A stretch of 64,000 bases of DNA from Planctomycetota bacterium. GTDB lineage: Bacteria; Planctomycetota; Phycisphaerae; Phycisphaerales; Phycisphaeraceae. The stretch is from the NCBI GenBank assembly GCA_021413865.1, contig JAIOPN010000006.1, positions 41,409 to 105,408 on the forward strand. The letters are read 5' to 3'. The notes under the pieces are model-generated. The model ran no database searches. It was not told the origin of the DNA and saw only the letters and a list, made by a program, of their open reading frames with translations. Shown here piece by piece: positions 1 through 9,527 of the stretch; position 1 is the first letter of the stretch, and each line of letters starts with the position of its first letter. The translations under genes and the position numbers were made by a program.

Positions 1-2
1 GC

Positions 3-1250
3 GCCGGCGTCGTCGTCGCCCACGTCGAGGGGGGCAAGGACTACCTGCCCGACCTCACCGCGCCGCACTTCACGGGCCTGGTCACCCTCCACTCCGGCGG
101 CAGCAAGGAAGTCTCCGGCCACGCCAACGCAACGGCGGTGATCGTCTATGGCCCGCGCGGCATGGCGCCGGGCATCCGCCGGGTTTACTTCATGCCCTCC
201 AACGGCTTCATCGGCGACGACTGCCTCCACGTCGGCAAGGCCGTGCCGCCGGACATGAAGGACATCCGCCTCTCGACGCACAGTTGGATCGGCGGATTGA
301 TAGCGGGCATAGCCCCGATGCAGCACGACGACTACACGGCCGACGTGCTCCGCCGCGTCGATTACGCCGCGGACAGGCTCAACGCGCTCTTCGTCGTGGG
401 CGTGAACAACGGCTCGGCCAGCGCGGTGCCGCCGCTGCTGGCCAGCGCGTACAACGTGATCTCGGTCGGCAACTACCTGGGCCAGAGCAGCGGGGGGTAC
501 ACGAAGGTCGAGGGCGACGGGCGGTGCAAGCCGGAGATCGTCGCGCCGCACGGCCTGACGAGTTTCGCGACGCCGGTGGTGACGGCGGCGGCGGCGCGGC
601 TGATGGAGGCCGCCGACCGGATGGGCCCCGACAGCCCGGCGCGGAGGGTGGAGGTGCTCAAGGTGGTGCTCATGGCCGGTGCGGAGAAGCCCGAGGGCTG
701 GAAGTGCGCCCCGGGCAAGCCGCTGGATGAGCATTACGGCGCGGGCAGGCTGCGGATCGATTCGAGCTACGACATCCTCGCCGCCGGCCGCGTCACGCCG
801 GGCACGGCGCGGCAGCGGTACGGCTGGGCTTATGAATCGCTCGCGCCCGGGCACAGCCACGAATACGTGTTCACCACCAACCGCCCGCTGGGCGAGGCGT
901 CGATCATGCTGGTCTGGAACCGGCGGATCGACGGGCGCGTGATGCAGAACCCCGAGACGCATGAGGGGATATGGGTCCCCACGCCCCGGCTGGGCGATTT
1001 CAATCTGCAACTGATCCGCACCGATCTGGCGGGCAACGAGAGCGTTACCGCCGAGTCGGCGGGCACGGTGGACAACCTGGAGCACATCCACCTCGCCGCG
1101 CTGCAGCCGGGCAGGTACCGCATCCGCGTGGTCCGCTCCGACGACCTGGCGGAGGGGTGGGACTACGCCCTGGCGTGGCGGATCGAGACGCGGACGGCCA
1201 AGACGGAAACGATCGGGGTGGGCGTGCCGATCGGTGACGTGAAGAAATAG
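3..1250 (+). CDS. S8 family (subtilisin-like) serine peptidase, 5' partial
   Basis: The frame is open from the window edge, upstream of the listed ATG at 138. His-box-like SGHANATAV and Ser-box GLTSFATPVVTAAAARL (G-T-S-x-A-x-P) are present. Confidence 0.8.
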   Translation, partial: AGVVVAHVEGGKDYLPDLTAPHFTGLVTLHSGGSKEVSGHANATAVIVYGPRGMAPGIRRVYFMPSNGFIGDDCLHVGKAVPPDMKDIRLSTHSWIGGLIAGIAPMQHDDYTADVLRRVDYAADRLNALFVVGVNNGSASAVPPLLASAYNVISVGNYLGQSSGGYTKVEGDGRCKPEIVAPHGLTSFATPVVTAAAARLMEAADRMGPDSPARRVEVLKVVLMAGAEKPEGWKCAPGKPLDEHYGAGRLRIDSSYDILAAGRVTPGTARQRYGWAYESLAPGHSHEYVFTTNRPLGEASIMLVWNRRIDGRVMQNPETHEGIWVPTPRLGDFNLQLIRTDLAGNESVTAESAGTVDNLEHIHLAALQPGRYRIRVVRSDDLAEGWDYALAWRIETRTAKTETIGVGVPIGDVKK

Positions 1251-1433
1251 AGGCGTGGTTCAAACGGACTCCGGTGATTCGGAAGACCTCATCACCGGGC
1301 TTGGCTTTGTGCCCACGGCGCGGGTTTCAACTCAATCCGAGCCGCGTGTGAGAGGGTGCGAATCCTTGACGACGCCATGACCCGTCGATAACGTCGGCAT
1401 GGGGAAATGCATACACCCCCGAGGAGTCGTGCC

Positions 1434-2906
1434 ATGTATTCATCGATCAGGGCCGGGGTTCGTCAATTGGGGCTGGGTCTCGCGGTGGCCGCGGCCATCG
1501 CGTTCACCACGACGCGCGTCTGGGCGCAGGGCGAGGAGTCCTTCGAGGGCATCATCGCCAAGGACAAGGTCGAGGTCCGCGCCGGCGCGGGTCAGTCGGA
1601 CTACGTCGTCGGCGAGGTGACCAAGGGGACGAAGGTCACCGTGGCGTCGATGTTCCTGGGCTGGTACCAGATCACGCCGCCGCCGGGCGTGGCGAGCTAC
1701 ATCTCACGCATGTCGGTGGACGCCAAGGGCGACGGCAAGACTGGTGTCGTCAGCGACGCCAGTCCCGCGGTCTTCGCCGCCAGCGTCAACGGCCGCGGTG
1801 AGAGCGTCAAGGCCCAGCTCCGTCTCCGCAAGGGCGACACCGTCCACATCCTTGCGGAGGAGGGCAGCTACTACAAGATCAGTCCGCCGCCCGGCGCGCT
1901 GGTTTTCCTGCCCCCCGGCAGCATCGAGCGCGCGGCGCCCGTCGTCGTAGCCGCACCGGCGCCCGCCCCCGTTGAGGCAGCACCCGCGCCGGCCGCGCCC
2001 GTGACGCCCGCGGCACCAGTCGCGCCAGCACCAGCCCCCGCTGAGCTCTCGAAGGACGCCGCTCCCGCGGCGCCGGCACCCGCGGCCCCCGCGCCGTTTG
2101 AAGGTTCCACGACAGCCGGAACGCCCGCAGCGCCCACGCCCGCACCCAAAGAAGAACTCACCAAGGACGCCGCCCCTGTTGCGCCGGCCGCCGCGGCACC
2201 CGCTGCCCGCGCCGAACCGCCCGCGCCGCGCGGCCCGCAGGCGGCGCACGCCGAATCCGCCGCCGTCCAGGCCGCCGAGGCACGTCTCGCGCAGGCCGCG
2301 ACGCTCCCCTTGGAGAAACAGCCGCTCGACGAGCTCATGGCCGTTTACCAGGCCCTCAACCGCGACTCGAGCCTGCCCATCGTCGATCGCCGGATCGTCG
2401 CCATCCGCATCGCGCAAATCCGCGTCGCCCAGGACCGCGCCGCCGCGATCAAGTCCCTCAAGTCGGCCCGTGAGAGCAACACCACCGCCATCTCCGTCAC
2501 CCCCGCGCCGGCGCCGACCCCGGGCGTGTACGACCCCTCCATCTACAACGCCTTCGGCCAGCTCCTGGCCAGCCCCGTCTATGACGGCCAGACCGGCCCG
2601 CGGCTCTTCCGCCTGGTGGACCCGGCCAGCCTCCGCACCATCGGCTACGTCCAGCCCGGCCGTTACGACCCGGCCCACTACCTGGGCAAGCTCGTCGGCA
2701 TCATCGGCAAGTCCAAGTTCGACCCCGCGCTCCGTCTCCAGATCATCGAGGTTGAACGCATGGACGTGCTCAACGCCGGCCCGGGACAGGGTGGCTTGGT
2801 TGCCCCCAAGCCCGTGCCGACCCCGGAGCCCGCTCCGGCCACCACGCCCGATGACTCCAACAAAGCCCCCGCCGCGACGCAGCCCGAGGAATCGCTCGAG
2901 AAATAA
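1434..2906 (+). CDS. Secreted protein with two SH3b-like domains and a long Pro/Ala-rich linker
   Basis: GAGGAG lies 8 nt before the ATG at 1434. Signal peptide MYSSIRAG...RVWAQG. Two SH3b-like segments (GTKVTVASMFLGWYQI, GDTVHILAEEGSYYKI). The AP-rich low-complexity core spawns shadow ORFs in other frames. Confidence 0.75.
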   Translation: MYSSIRAGVRQLGLGLAVAAAIAFTTTRVWAQGEESFEGIIAKDKVEVRAGAGQSDYVVGEVTKGTKVTVASMFLGWYQITPPPGVASYISRMSVDAKGDGKTGVVSDASPAVFAASVNGRGESVKAQLRLRKGDTVHILAEEGSYYKISPPPGALVFLPPGSIERAAPVVVAAPAPAPVEAAPAPAAPVTPAAPVAPAPAPAELSKDAAPAAPAPAAPAPFEGSTTAGTPAAPTPAPKEELTKDAAPVAPAAAAPAARAEPPAPRGPQAAHAESAAVQAAEARLAQAATLPLEKQPLDELMAVYQALNRDSSLPIVDRRIVAIRIAQIRVAQDRAAAIKSLKSARESNTTAISVTPAPAPTPGVYDPSIYNAFGQLLASPVYDGQTGPRLFRLVDPASLRTIGYVQPGRYDPAHYLGKLVGIIGKSKFDPALRLQIIEVERMDVLNAGPGQGGLVAPKPVPTPEPAPATTPDDSNKAPAATQPEESLEK

Positions 2907-3020
2907 CGCCGCCGCAACGTGGCCGTGTCCATCCGCGAATTTCGCCATTTAGCCTTCCCGCCCATTGACGCCCGTGACCGGTCCGGCGATGCTGTCCGCT
3001 GCACGCTTAGGAGACCTTCC

Positions 3021-3638
3021 ATGCACGTTTCGATCCGCGTCGCGTTCGCTCTCACGCTGGCCCTCGCGCTGCTCCCCCTCGGGGCGTGCAGCCAGGGCGT
3101 CAAGGTCGCCGGCTGGCAGGTCCTCGATCCTGAGCCGCCCATCGACGTCAGCACGATCGTGGTCACCCGCACGCACGCCGCCGCGGCGGATGCGGCGTGC
3201 TGCGGCCAGCACGACAAGTGCGACATGACCGACAAATGTGACCATGCCGACAAGTGTGACAAGACCGACAAATGCGACCAGACCGCCGTCAAGCAGACGC
3301 TCAGCATCGAGCCGGGCTCGGGCCACGCCTCGCTGACCGACACCGACGGGCGCGTCTATCCGCTCCAGATCGAGAAAGACCGGCTGGAGCAGCTCGTCGA
3401 GTTTGTCTCGCACCGCACCTGGATGGGTGAGGAACGGCACCCCCCGAAAAGGGAAGCGGCGCCGATGCAATACGAGCTGACCGTCGTGGAGTCGGGCAAG
3501 CCGATGAAGGAAAAGGCGACCTGGTGCGTGCCCTCGCGAAAGCCCCTGCCCGAGGGCTTCGCCCTGCTGACCGACTCCTTCGACAAGGCCGATCGCGTGG
3601 CGCACCCGCTGAGCAAGAGCGTCGATCTGCTGAAATAA
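3021..3638 (+). CDS. Lipoprotein with a DKCD hexapeptide Cys-repeat block
   Basis: AGGAG lies upstream of the ATG at 3021. Lipobox LLPLGAC. Cys block CCGQHDKCDMTDKCDHADKCDKTDKCD has C-x5-C spacing. Confidence 0.7.
   Translation: MHVSIRVAFALTLALALLPLGACSQGVKVAGWQVLDPEPPIDVSTIVVTRTHAAAADAACCGQHDKCDMTDKCDHADKCDKTDKCDQTAVKQTLSIEPGSGHASLTDTDGRVYPLQIEKDRLEQLVEFVSHRTWMGEERHPPKREAAPMQYELTVVESGKPMKEKATWCVPSRKPLPEGFALLTDSFDKADRVAHPLSKSVDLLK
3213..3284 (+). repeat. 4 x 18-bp in-frame tandem repeat (gacaaRtgYgacNNNNNN) encoding DKCDxx
   Basis: Read directly: gacaagtgcgacatgacc / gacaaatgtgaccatgcc / gacaagtgtgacaagacc / gacaaatgcgaccagacc. Confidence 0.85.
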
Positions 3639-3770
3639 CCCGTCCAGAGACCCCGCCCAGCCGCTACAGACGCACCGACGCGCTGCGCGCGGGGTGCGAA
3701 GCGCTTAACCCCTTTGCAACTCTTGCCGATCGCACCTGTGGCGGGCAAGAGCCGCCATTGGGGTCCAACA

Positions 3771-4286
3771 GTGCAAGAAATCCAGCCCATCCGCATCGGT
3801 CAGATCCTCATCGAGCACGGCGTGCTGACCGAGCAGCAGGTGTTCGAGGTTCTCCAGGCGCAGAAGAAGCTGCAGGTGCCCTTCGGCGTGCTGGCCGAGC
3901 GCATGTTCGACGTCACGCTCGAGAGCATCGAGACGGCGTGGATCGAGCAGTACCAGCGGTTCACCGGCGTGCTCGACCTGGCGCAGGAGCCCGTGGACAC
4001 CGAGGTCCTGCAGCTGATCAACCGCCGCCAGGCGTGGCAGTTCGAGATCGTGCCGGTGCGCTACGAGCCGGGCGGGGAGCTGCTCATCGCCGCCAGCCGG
4101 CGCAGGCTCGCCCGGGCCGTAACCTTCGCCGCCTCGCGCCTCAAGCAGGTCGCCTTCTTCCGCATCGCCGAGTCCGCCTCGCTGCGCGACTTCCTCCGCA
4201 AGCACTACCCGATGCCCGAGGTGTCGGAGGAGCTGATCCGCCGCGCCCGCGACATGGCGGACGCGGACGCGCCGGCGGTGGAGTGA
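3771..4286 (+). CDS. Protein with a type II secretion GspE/MshE N-terminal-like domain
   Basis: IGQILIEHGVLTEQQVFEVLQAQ resembles the GspE_N/MshEN helix. The start is uncertain: TTG at 3714 or GTG at 3771. Confidence 0.5.
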   Translation: MQEIQPIRIGQILIEHGVLTEQQVFEVLQAQKKLQVPFGVLAERMFDVTLESIETAWIEQYQRFTGVLDLAQEPVDTEVLQLINRRQAWQFEIVPVRYEPGGELLIAASRRRLARAVTFAASRLKQVAFFRIAESASLRDFLRKHYPMPEVSEELIRRARDMADADAPAVE

Positions 4287-4293
4287 TCCCGCG

Positions 4294-4318
4294 CCCCTCT
4301 CCCACAAGTGGAGAGGGG
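4294..4318. terminator. Hairpin CCCCTCTCCCACAAGTGGAGAGGGG between convergent genes (repeat family 3)
   Basis: Inverted repeat read directly. It sits between the stop at 4286 (+) and the stop at 4325 (-). Confidence 0.5.
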
Positions 4319-4324
4319 AAGGCG

Positions 4325-4747
4325 TCACATCTTTTCGCCGCGTTTGCGTTCCAGGAAATCGCGCAAAATCGCCGCGGCGGCCAGCGCGTCACGGCGGGAT
4401 TTCTTCTGACCGCGCGTCAGGCCCGACCGGCTCATCTTCGCGTCCGCGTCGTGGCTGGTCAGGCGTTCGTCCATCAGGTGCACGGGGATGCCGAAACGCT
4501 GCTCGAGGAATCCCTTGAGGCCGCGCACGGTCTTGGCGGCGTCGCCCTCGGTGCCGTCCATGTTCATCGGCAGGCCGAGCACCAGCTCGTTGACGCCGTG
4601 CTCCGCCACGACCAGCGAGATCTGCCGGATGCGCTCGTTGAGGCTGTCGGTCTCGATGACGTGCAGCGGCGTGACGATGCCGGTCTGGTCGCCGCCGACC
4701 GCGAGCCCGGTGCGCTTTTCGCCCACGTCGATGGCCAAGTAACGCAT
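4325..4747 (-). CDS. ruvX: Holliday junction resolvase-like protein RuvX/YqgF
   Basis: MRYLAIDVGEKRTGLAV... LVLGLPMNMDGTEG... DERLTS motifs. Confidence 0.85.
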   Translation of the reverse strand: MRYLAIDVGEKRTGLAVGGDQTGIVTPLHVIETDSLNERIRQISLVVAEHGVNELVLGLPMNMDGTEGDAAKTVRGLKGFLEQRFGIPVHLMDERLTSHDADAKMSRSGLTRGQKKSRRDALAAAAILRDFLERKRGEKM

Positions 4748-4811
4748 CGGCGTAGTGTCTGTCGCGGCGGGGAGTGTTTCAACCAACCGTGACGCGCGAT
4801 CTGCAATACGC

Positions 4812-5234
4812 TTAGGCTGTGAGATGTACCTTTACGGTCTCAAGGTCGTCGGAGACGTCAATGCTGGAATAGAACGGTGTGATCTCGAGTCCGCCATCGT
4901 GCCGTGATCGAGTGATGAAATACGCTATAAAAATATTGAAACCACCGTCGATTTTACGGATTTTGTATCCGGCAAGAACGGATTTGTCAGCCACCCCCGC
5001 ATGGGACTTTGCAATCTGGATCAGTCTTCGATCCTGCGGGGTTAGCGAAGGATCGCCCTCCACCAAAAAACCCAGGCCGCTGATCTCAATTCGCCAGTTC
5101 CGGTTGTCCGTGCATACGAGGTAGGAATACCCCGACAGCATCGCAATTTCCACGGCCTGCAACACGAGCAGAGCAGCGATGAGCCGTGCAGGCGTTATTC
5201 GCTGAGTTGTGGCTTTCGTGTTCACGATTTGCAT
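4812..5234 (-). CDS. Hypothetical N-terminally anchored protein in a lower-GC patch
   Basis: 140-aa ORF on the same strand as its neighbours, 18 nt downstream of the vWA gene. TM-like LIAALLVLQAVEIAMLSGY. Hand-counted rows give about 38-52% G+C. Confidence 0.5.
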   Translation of the reverse strand: MQIVNTKATTQRITPARLIAALLVLQAVEIAMLSGYSYLVCTDNRNWRIEISGLGFLVEGDPSLTPQDRRLIQIAKSHAGVADKSVLAGYKIRKIDGGFNIFIAYFITRSRHDGGLEITPFYSSIDVSDDLETVKVHLTA

Positions 5235-5252
5235 CAGAGCGTCCCGGGTATT

Positions 5253-7874
5253 TTATCGCTCACTCCGCCTTGGCCCCACCGTCGTGTCATAGCTCACGCC
5301 GTCGGGCACGGGCACCGGCGTCTGCACCGTGGTGCCCGTCGTCCCCTCGGTGCGGCGGGCGGTGTCCACGGCGAGGAAGGCGGTGAAGTCGCTCATCAGG
5401 CTGTAGTCGAGCGCGAGCTGGCGGACGGTGTCGGTGAAGCGGTTCACGTCGCCGGCGTTGGCGGGGCCGTAGTCGGCCAGGTCGGCGATCTTGGCGCGGG
5501 CCCAGAGCGAGGGGAGCGCCAGGGGCGGGGAGATGTTGGCGGCGGCGATGAGCGTGCCGTCGGAGCGGCGGACGCGGGTGGTGAACTTTTCGCCGCCCAC
5601 GCGGCCGGTGATCCGCGCCGGGCCTTCGGGGTTGCCGTCGAGCCGGCCGACGACGACGATCGGCCTGCCGACGAAGAGATCGGGGATATGGCGGGGGAAC
5701 ACGTCGGTCACGCGGGCGCCGGGCACCTCGATCTTGATGTCGGTCAGCGCCGGGTGGCTGACGCGCTGGATGTAGGCGGTGGTGGCGACGGCGGGGTCTT
5801 CGTTCAGGCCGATGTACGCCACCGCGCCGCGGCCGGCGCGGGCGACGCCCTCGATCAGGTAGCGGTTCACCGAATTGCCCACGCCGAAGGAGAAGAAGCG
5901 GATGGAGCGGTCGGCCTTGCCGACGGCCTCGATGATCTCCTTCTCATTGCCGATGTAGCCGTCGGTCATCAGGGCGACGAGCCGGCGGCGGTCGCTGCCG
6001 TCGATGCGCTGCATCGCGGCCCTGATGCCTTTGAGCATCTCCGTGCCGCCGCCCGCCTGCGCCTGGTCCACGAAGGCCATCGCGGCGTCGATGTTCTCCG
6101 GCGTCGCGGGGATCGGCTCGGCCGTCATGCACTGCGCCTGGCCGGCGAAGGTGATGACCTGGAACGTGTCGCGCCGGTCGATGGAGGTCAGCGCCGCACG
6201 CATCGCCTGCTTCACGCGCTTGATCGGCTCGCCCATCATGCTGCCCGAGACATCGACAACGAAGACCATCTCCATCGGCTCACGGCTCAGCGAGCCCAGG
6301 TCGGCCGGGGGATAGACCATCATCGTGAAATACCCGCCGCGCGAGTCCTTGTGCGTGAGGAAGTTGGCCTTGATCTTGTCGCCCGCGACGCGCCAGCGGA
6401 AGACGAAGTCTTTGTTCGGGATGGTGTCGCCCGGCTCGATCGTCGCGGTCACGCGTGAGCCGTCGCTGTCGCGCAGGCCCGAGATTTTCGTGCGGTGGCT
6501 TGTGCAGGCCGCTTCCTCGATCTTCACGCCCGCCTCGACGGCGAGGGTGAGGTCGATGTCGTGACCGCTGCGCTCGCGGGGGCGGAGGTAGGAGACCTCG
6601 GTCGTTTGGCCCGAGGAGCCCTTCGCGTTGCGCGGCACGGCCCCGACGCCGGCGCCCCCCGAGCCCGCCGGGTTGTAGCGCGGCCCGACCACCATCGGGA
6701 AGGAGAATTCGTACCAGCCGTCTTCGTAACGCAGCGTCTGGTAGTAGCGGATGTTCACGTCGATCCGCTTGCCCGGCTCGATGTTGGCGACCTTCTGCGT
6801 GAAGATGTTGGGCCTCTCCTGCGTGAGCAGCGAGGCGACGTAGCCCTGGTGCTTCGCCTCCTCGTAAACGCGCTCGGCCTCCTTGCGCTCGCGGATCAGG
6901 CCGCGGATCTTCCGGTCGCCGATCGTCATGATGAACTCGTTCACCGCCGCGTTCTCGGGCAGCGGGAAGACATAGACCGCCTCGATCTTGGAGCTGTAGG
7001 GGTTGTGGAATTTCTGCACGACGTCCACCGCGCCGACGTAGCCGGCCACGGAGGCGTTGACGCTGGTGTGCTCGAGCGGGACGGGGACGGTGCGTTTGCG
7101 GCCTTGGTCGTCGGGGATTTCGGTGACGATCACGCCGCTGCCGGGGGTGGAGTAGTCGTCGCCGCGCGGCGCCGGCGGGGCCTGCTCGGGTTTTACCTCC
7201 GGTTTGACGATGACCCAGACTTCGTCTTCGAGGGCGGGGGGTTGGACGCCGCAGGTGGTGATTTGAGGGGCTTGATGCGGCCCGGCTACGCTGGTGACGG
7301 TGGGGATAGGGAGCGCTGCTTTCATCTGTTCGGCCGTCGCCGTATTTAGATTGATGTTGCCGCTAACACCACCTGCACCGCCCTGCTGTCCCGCCGTGTT
7401 CGTGCGGTATCGCAGATTTTTCTGCAGCCCCGTCATTCTTTTGCTGTTGGCCGGGGTCGCGGGTGAAGGGGTGGAGTCATGTCGGTGGTCACCGAACATG
7501 TCGTCTTCGTCGTCTTCGTTGAGGCCGCGCTTTTCGCTGACGATCTTGCTCCCCGGCGCGCTTGCGCCCGTGTCGTCACTGGGGCGAAGCAGGGGCTTGT
7601 TATCGGTTTTGAGCTCGAAGCCTTTGCCCGCGGCTTCGCCTTTTTCCATGCCGTCAACGCCGCTCTTGCTCCATTCTGCATCGCCGCTGCCGGGGGCGGC
7701 GGTTTGACCGCCGCGTGGCGGGGCGCTCTCAGACGGCAGCGCGTCGGAGTCATACCGATGATTCGAGGTGCGCTCGGGTGGCTTGGATTCGCAGGCGACG
7801 ATTGCCACAGCCATCACGAGGATCATGAGCGAGAGGCACCAGCGCGTGATGCGATTCCGGGTCTGATTTCTCAT
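5253..7874 (-). CDS. VIT domain + von Willebrand factor A domain lipoprotein
   Basis: Lipobox-like AIVAC. VIT-like segment (VQKFHNPYSSKIEAVYVFPLPENAAV...). vWA MIDAS VFVVDVSGSM. Confidence 0.85.
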   Translation of the reverse strand: MRNQTRNRITRWCLSLMILVMAVAIVACESKPPERTSNHRYDSDALPSESAPPRGGQTAAPGSGDAEWSKSGVDGMEKGEAAGKGFELKTDNKPLLRPSDDTGASAPGSKIVSEKRGLNEDDEDDMFGDHRHDSTPSPATPANSKRMTGLQKNLRYRTNTAGQQGGAGGVSGNINLNTATAEQMKAALPIPTVTSVAGPHQAPQITTCGVQPPALEDEVWVIVKPEVKPEQAPPAPRGDDYSTPGSGVIVTEIPDDQGRKRTVPVPLEHTSVNASVAGYVGAVDVVQKFHNPYSSKIEAVYVFPLPENAAVNEFIMTIGDRKIRGLIRERKEAERVYEEAKHQGYVASLLTQERPNIFTQKVANIEPGKRIDVNIRYYQTLRYEDGWYEFSFPMVVGPRYNPAGSGGAGVGAVPRNAKGSSGQTTEVSYLRPRERSGHDIDLTLAVEAGVKIEEAACTSHRTKISGLRDSDGSRVTATIEPGDTIPNKDFVFRWRVAGDKIKANFLTHKDSRGGYFTMMVYPPADLGSLSREPMEMVFVVDVSGSMMGEPIKRVKQAMRAALTSIDRRDTFQVITFAGQAQCMTAEPIPATPENIDAAMAFVDQAQAGGGTEMLKGIRAAMQRIDGSDRRRLVALMTDGYIGNEKEIIEAVGKADRSIRFFSFGVGNSVNRYLIEGVARAGRGAVAYIGLNEDPAVATTAYIQRVSHPALTDIKIEVPGARVTDVFPRHIPDLFVGRPIVVVGRLDGNPEGPARITGRVGGEKFTTRVRRSDGTLIAAANISPPLALPSLWARAKIADLADYGPANAGDVNRFTDTVRQLALDYSLMSDFTAFLAVDTARRTEGTTGTTVQTPVPVPDGVSYDTTVGPRRSER

Positions 7875-8767
7875 GGCGGAGTTCCTTCTTTGATGGAGAG
7901 CACGGCGTCGATGCGGTTGCCGTCGTGGTCGGCGGCGGCGATGAGTTTGGTCTCGAAGAGGGGGGCGGCGTCGCCGTAGGAGACGAGGTGGAGGCTAGCC
8001 ACGCGGACCGGGCCGCGCGGCAGGTTGGCCGCATCGGCGGTGGTGAACATGGCGATGGCAAGCTCGTCGGTGTCGCGGTTCTCGGCGGCGCGGTCGTAAT
8101 AGGGGGGCTTGGCGGCGAAGGCGCGGCCGTCGCCCGACTCGATGCCGACGACCTTCACGACGCCGCCGCGCGCCGTGATGCGGAGCTGGTAGGCGGCGAG
8201 CGGACGGCCGCCCGGGTCGAGCGTGACGTGAACGGTCACGAAGCGCGGCGAGGGGGGAGCGCTCCGGTCCGCGGGTGGTGCGGGTGTGGGACTGGCGGGG
8301 GCTATTTCTTCACGGGTGTCGTGATTGGGCGGGGCGAGGGCGACGGCCTGATAGGCGAGCGCATCGATGGCGGCGGGGTCGGCCTGCTTGTCCTCGGGGG
8401 TGGAGGCCTGCGCCGTCCGCGCCAGTGCGAAGGCGTCGAGGATGGTCACGTCCTGCTGCGCCATCGCCCCCGGCGCCCCCGGCGTCCCCGGACCGCCCGG
8501 AACCGGGCCGCGGGCTGAACGGTCGAAGCCCCGGGTGAAGAGGGCGACGGTGACGCCGATCGCGAGCACCGCAGCGACCGCGGCCCACGGGGCGAGGCGG
8601 AACCGGAAGGCGGGGCCGCGCTCCTGCCGCGTGCCGCCCGCGCGGGCGGCGGCGAGGATGCGCTCGTCGATTTCCGGCGGGACGTCGATCCGGCGGTGGT
8701 GGATGGTGGCGAGCCGTTCGGCCAGCTTCGGCAGGTCTTCGGGCAGGGGTTCGTGCGGTTTCTTCAT
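7871..8767 (-). CDS. Putative anti-sigma factor (single TM, cohesin-like C-terminal domain)
   Basis: Lies downstream of the ECF sigma gene. One TM (WAAVAAVLAIGVTVALF). Overlaps the VIT-vWA start by 4 nt (ATGA). Confidence 0.55.
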   Translation of the reverse strand: MKKPHEPLPEDLPKLAERLATIHHRRIDVPPEIDERILAAARAGGTRQERGPAFRFRLAPWAAVAAVLAIGVTVALFTRGFDRSARGPVPGGPGTPGAPGAMAQQDVTILDAFALARTAQASTPEDKQADPAAIDALAYQAVALAPPNHDTREEIAPASPTPAPPADRSAPPSPRFVTVHVTLDPGGRPLAAYQLRITARGGVVKVVGIESGDGRAFAAKPPYYDRAAENRDTDELAIAMFTTADAANLPRGPVRVASLHLVSYGDAAPLFETKLIAAADHDGNRIDAVLSIKEGTPP

Positions 8768-8910
8768 GATGGGGCTCTGGAAGTGAAGTGCGCGGGAGGG
8801 GGAAAAGGTTCACGGGAAATCGAAAATGAAACAGGGCGGCATTGTGCTTAGCGGGAGGCCCGGAGGGCCCCTCCGGGGCGCCCGCTAAACGTTCCGCCCC
8901 GCGGGCGTGG

Positions 8911-9489
8911 TTACGGCCCCAGCAGGTCCTTCGTGCGCGGGTCGTTGCGCAGCGACGCCAAGGCGTTGTGCAGGCGCGACTTCACCGTGCCCAGGGGGAC
9001 GCCCAGGGCGACGGCGATCTCGGAGAGCTGCAGGTCGTCCACGAAGCGGAGGATGAGCACCTCGCGGTGGCCGGGCGGGAGCGTGGCGAGCAGGGCGGCC
9101 AGGCCATCCTCGCGGTGCTGCTCCTCGAGGGGGGCGGCGGGGAGGGAGTCGAGCGTGTGCTCGTCGTAGGGGCGGAAGCGCTTGGCCTTGCGGAGTGCTT
9201 CGATGGCGAGGTGACGCACGCTGGGGTAGAGCAGCGTCTTCAATTGGCCGGTGAGCGTCAGGCCCGGGGCGCGGCGCATGACGTACATGAACGTCTCCTG
9301 CAGGATGTCCAGGGACATGTCGCGGTCGCCGGTGAAGCGGTACGCCAGCGCGACGACCCAGTCGCGGTAGTTGCGGTAGAGCGTCTCGAAGGCGGCGGCG
9401 GAGTCCTCGCCACCGCCGCTGACGCGGTCGATCAACGCCTGGTCGGCGCGGCGCTGTTGCAACTGCCTATCGGTCGTCACGTCGTCCAT
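8911..9489 (-). CDS. ECF-type RNA polymerase sigma-70 family factor
   Basis: Region 2 (FETLYRNYRDWVVALAYRF) and region 4 HTH (LQLSEIAVALGVPLGTVKSRLHNA). ATG confirmed at 9489. Confidence 0.85.
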   Translation of the reverse strand: MDDVTTDRQLQQRRADQALIDRVSGGGEDSAAAFETLYRNYRDWVVALAYRFTGDRDMSLDILQETFMYVMRRAPGLTLTGQLKTLLYPSVRHLAIEALRKAKRFRPYDEHTLDSLPAAPLEEQHREDGLAALLATLPPGHREVLILRFVDDLQLSEIAVALGVPLGTVKSRLHNALASLRNDPRTKDLLGP

Positions 9490-9527
9490 CGGCGGTCTGT
9501 TCTGGTGGGACGCCTGCCCCACCGGAT

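Noticed and set aside
1704-2952. Long ORFs on both strands over the Pro/Ala-rich linker of the SH3 protein
   Set aside because: GC-rich low-complexity repeats keep several frames open. Only the + frame has a signal peptide, an SD and SH3b-like domains.
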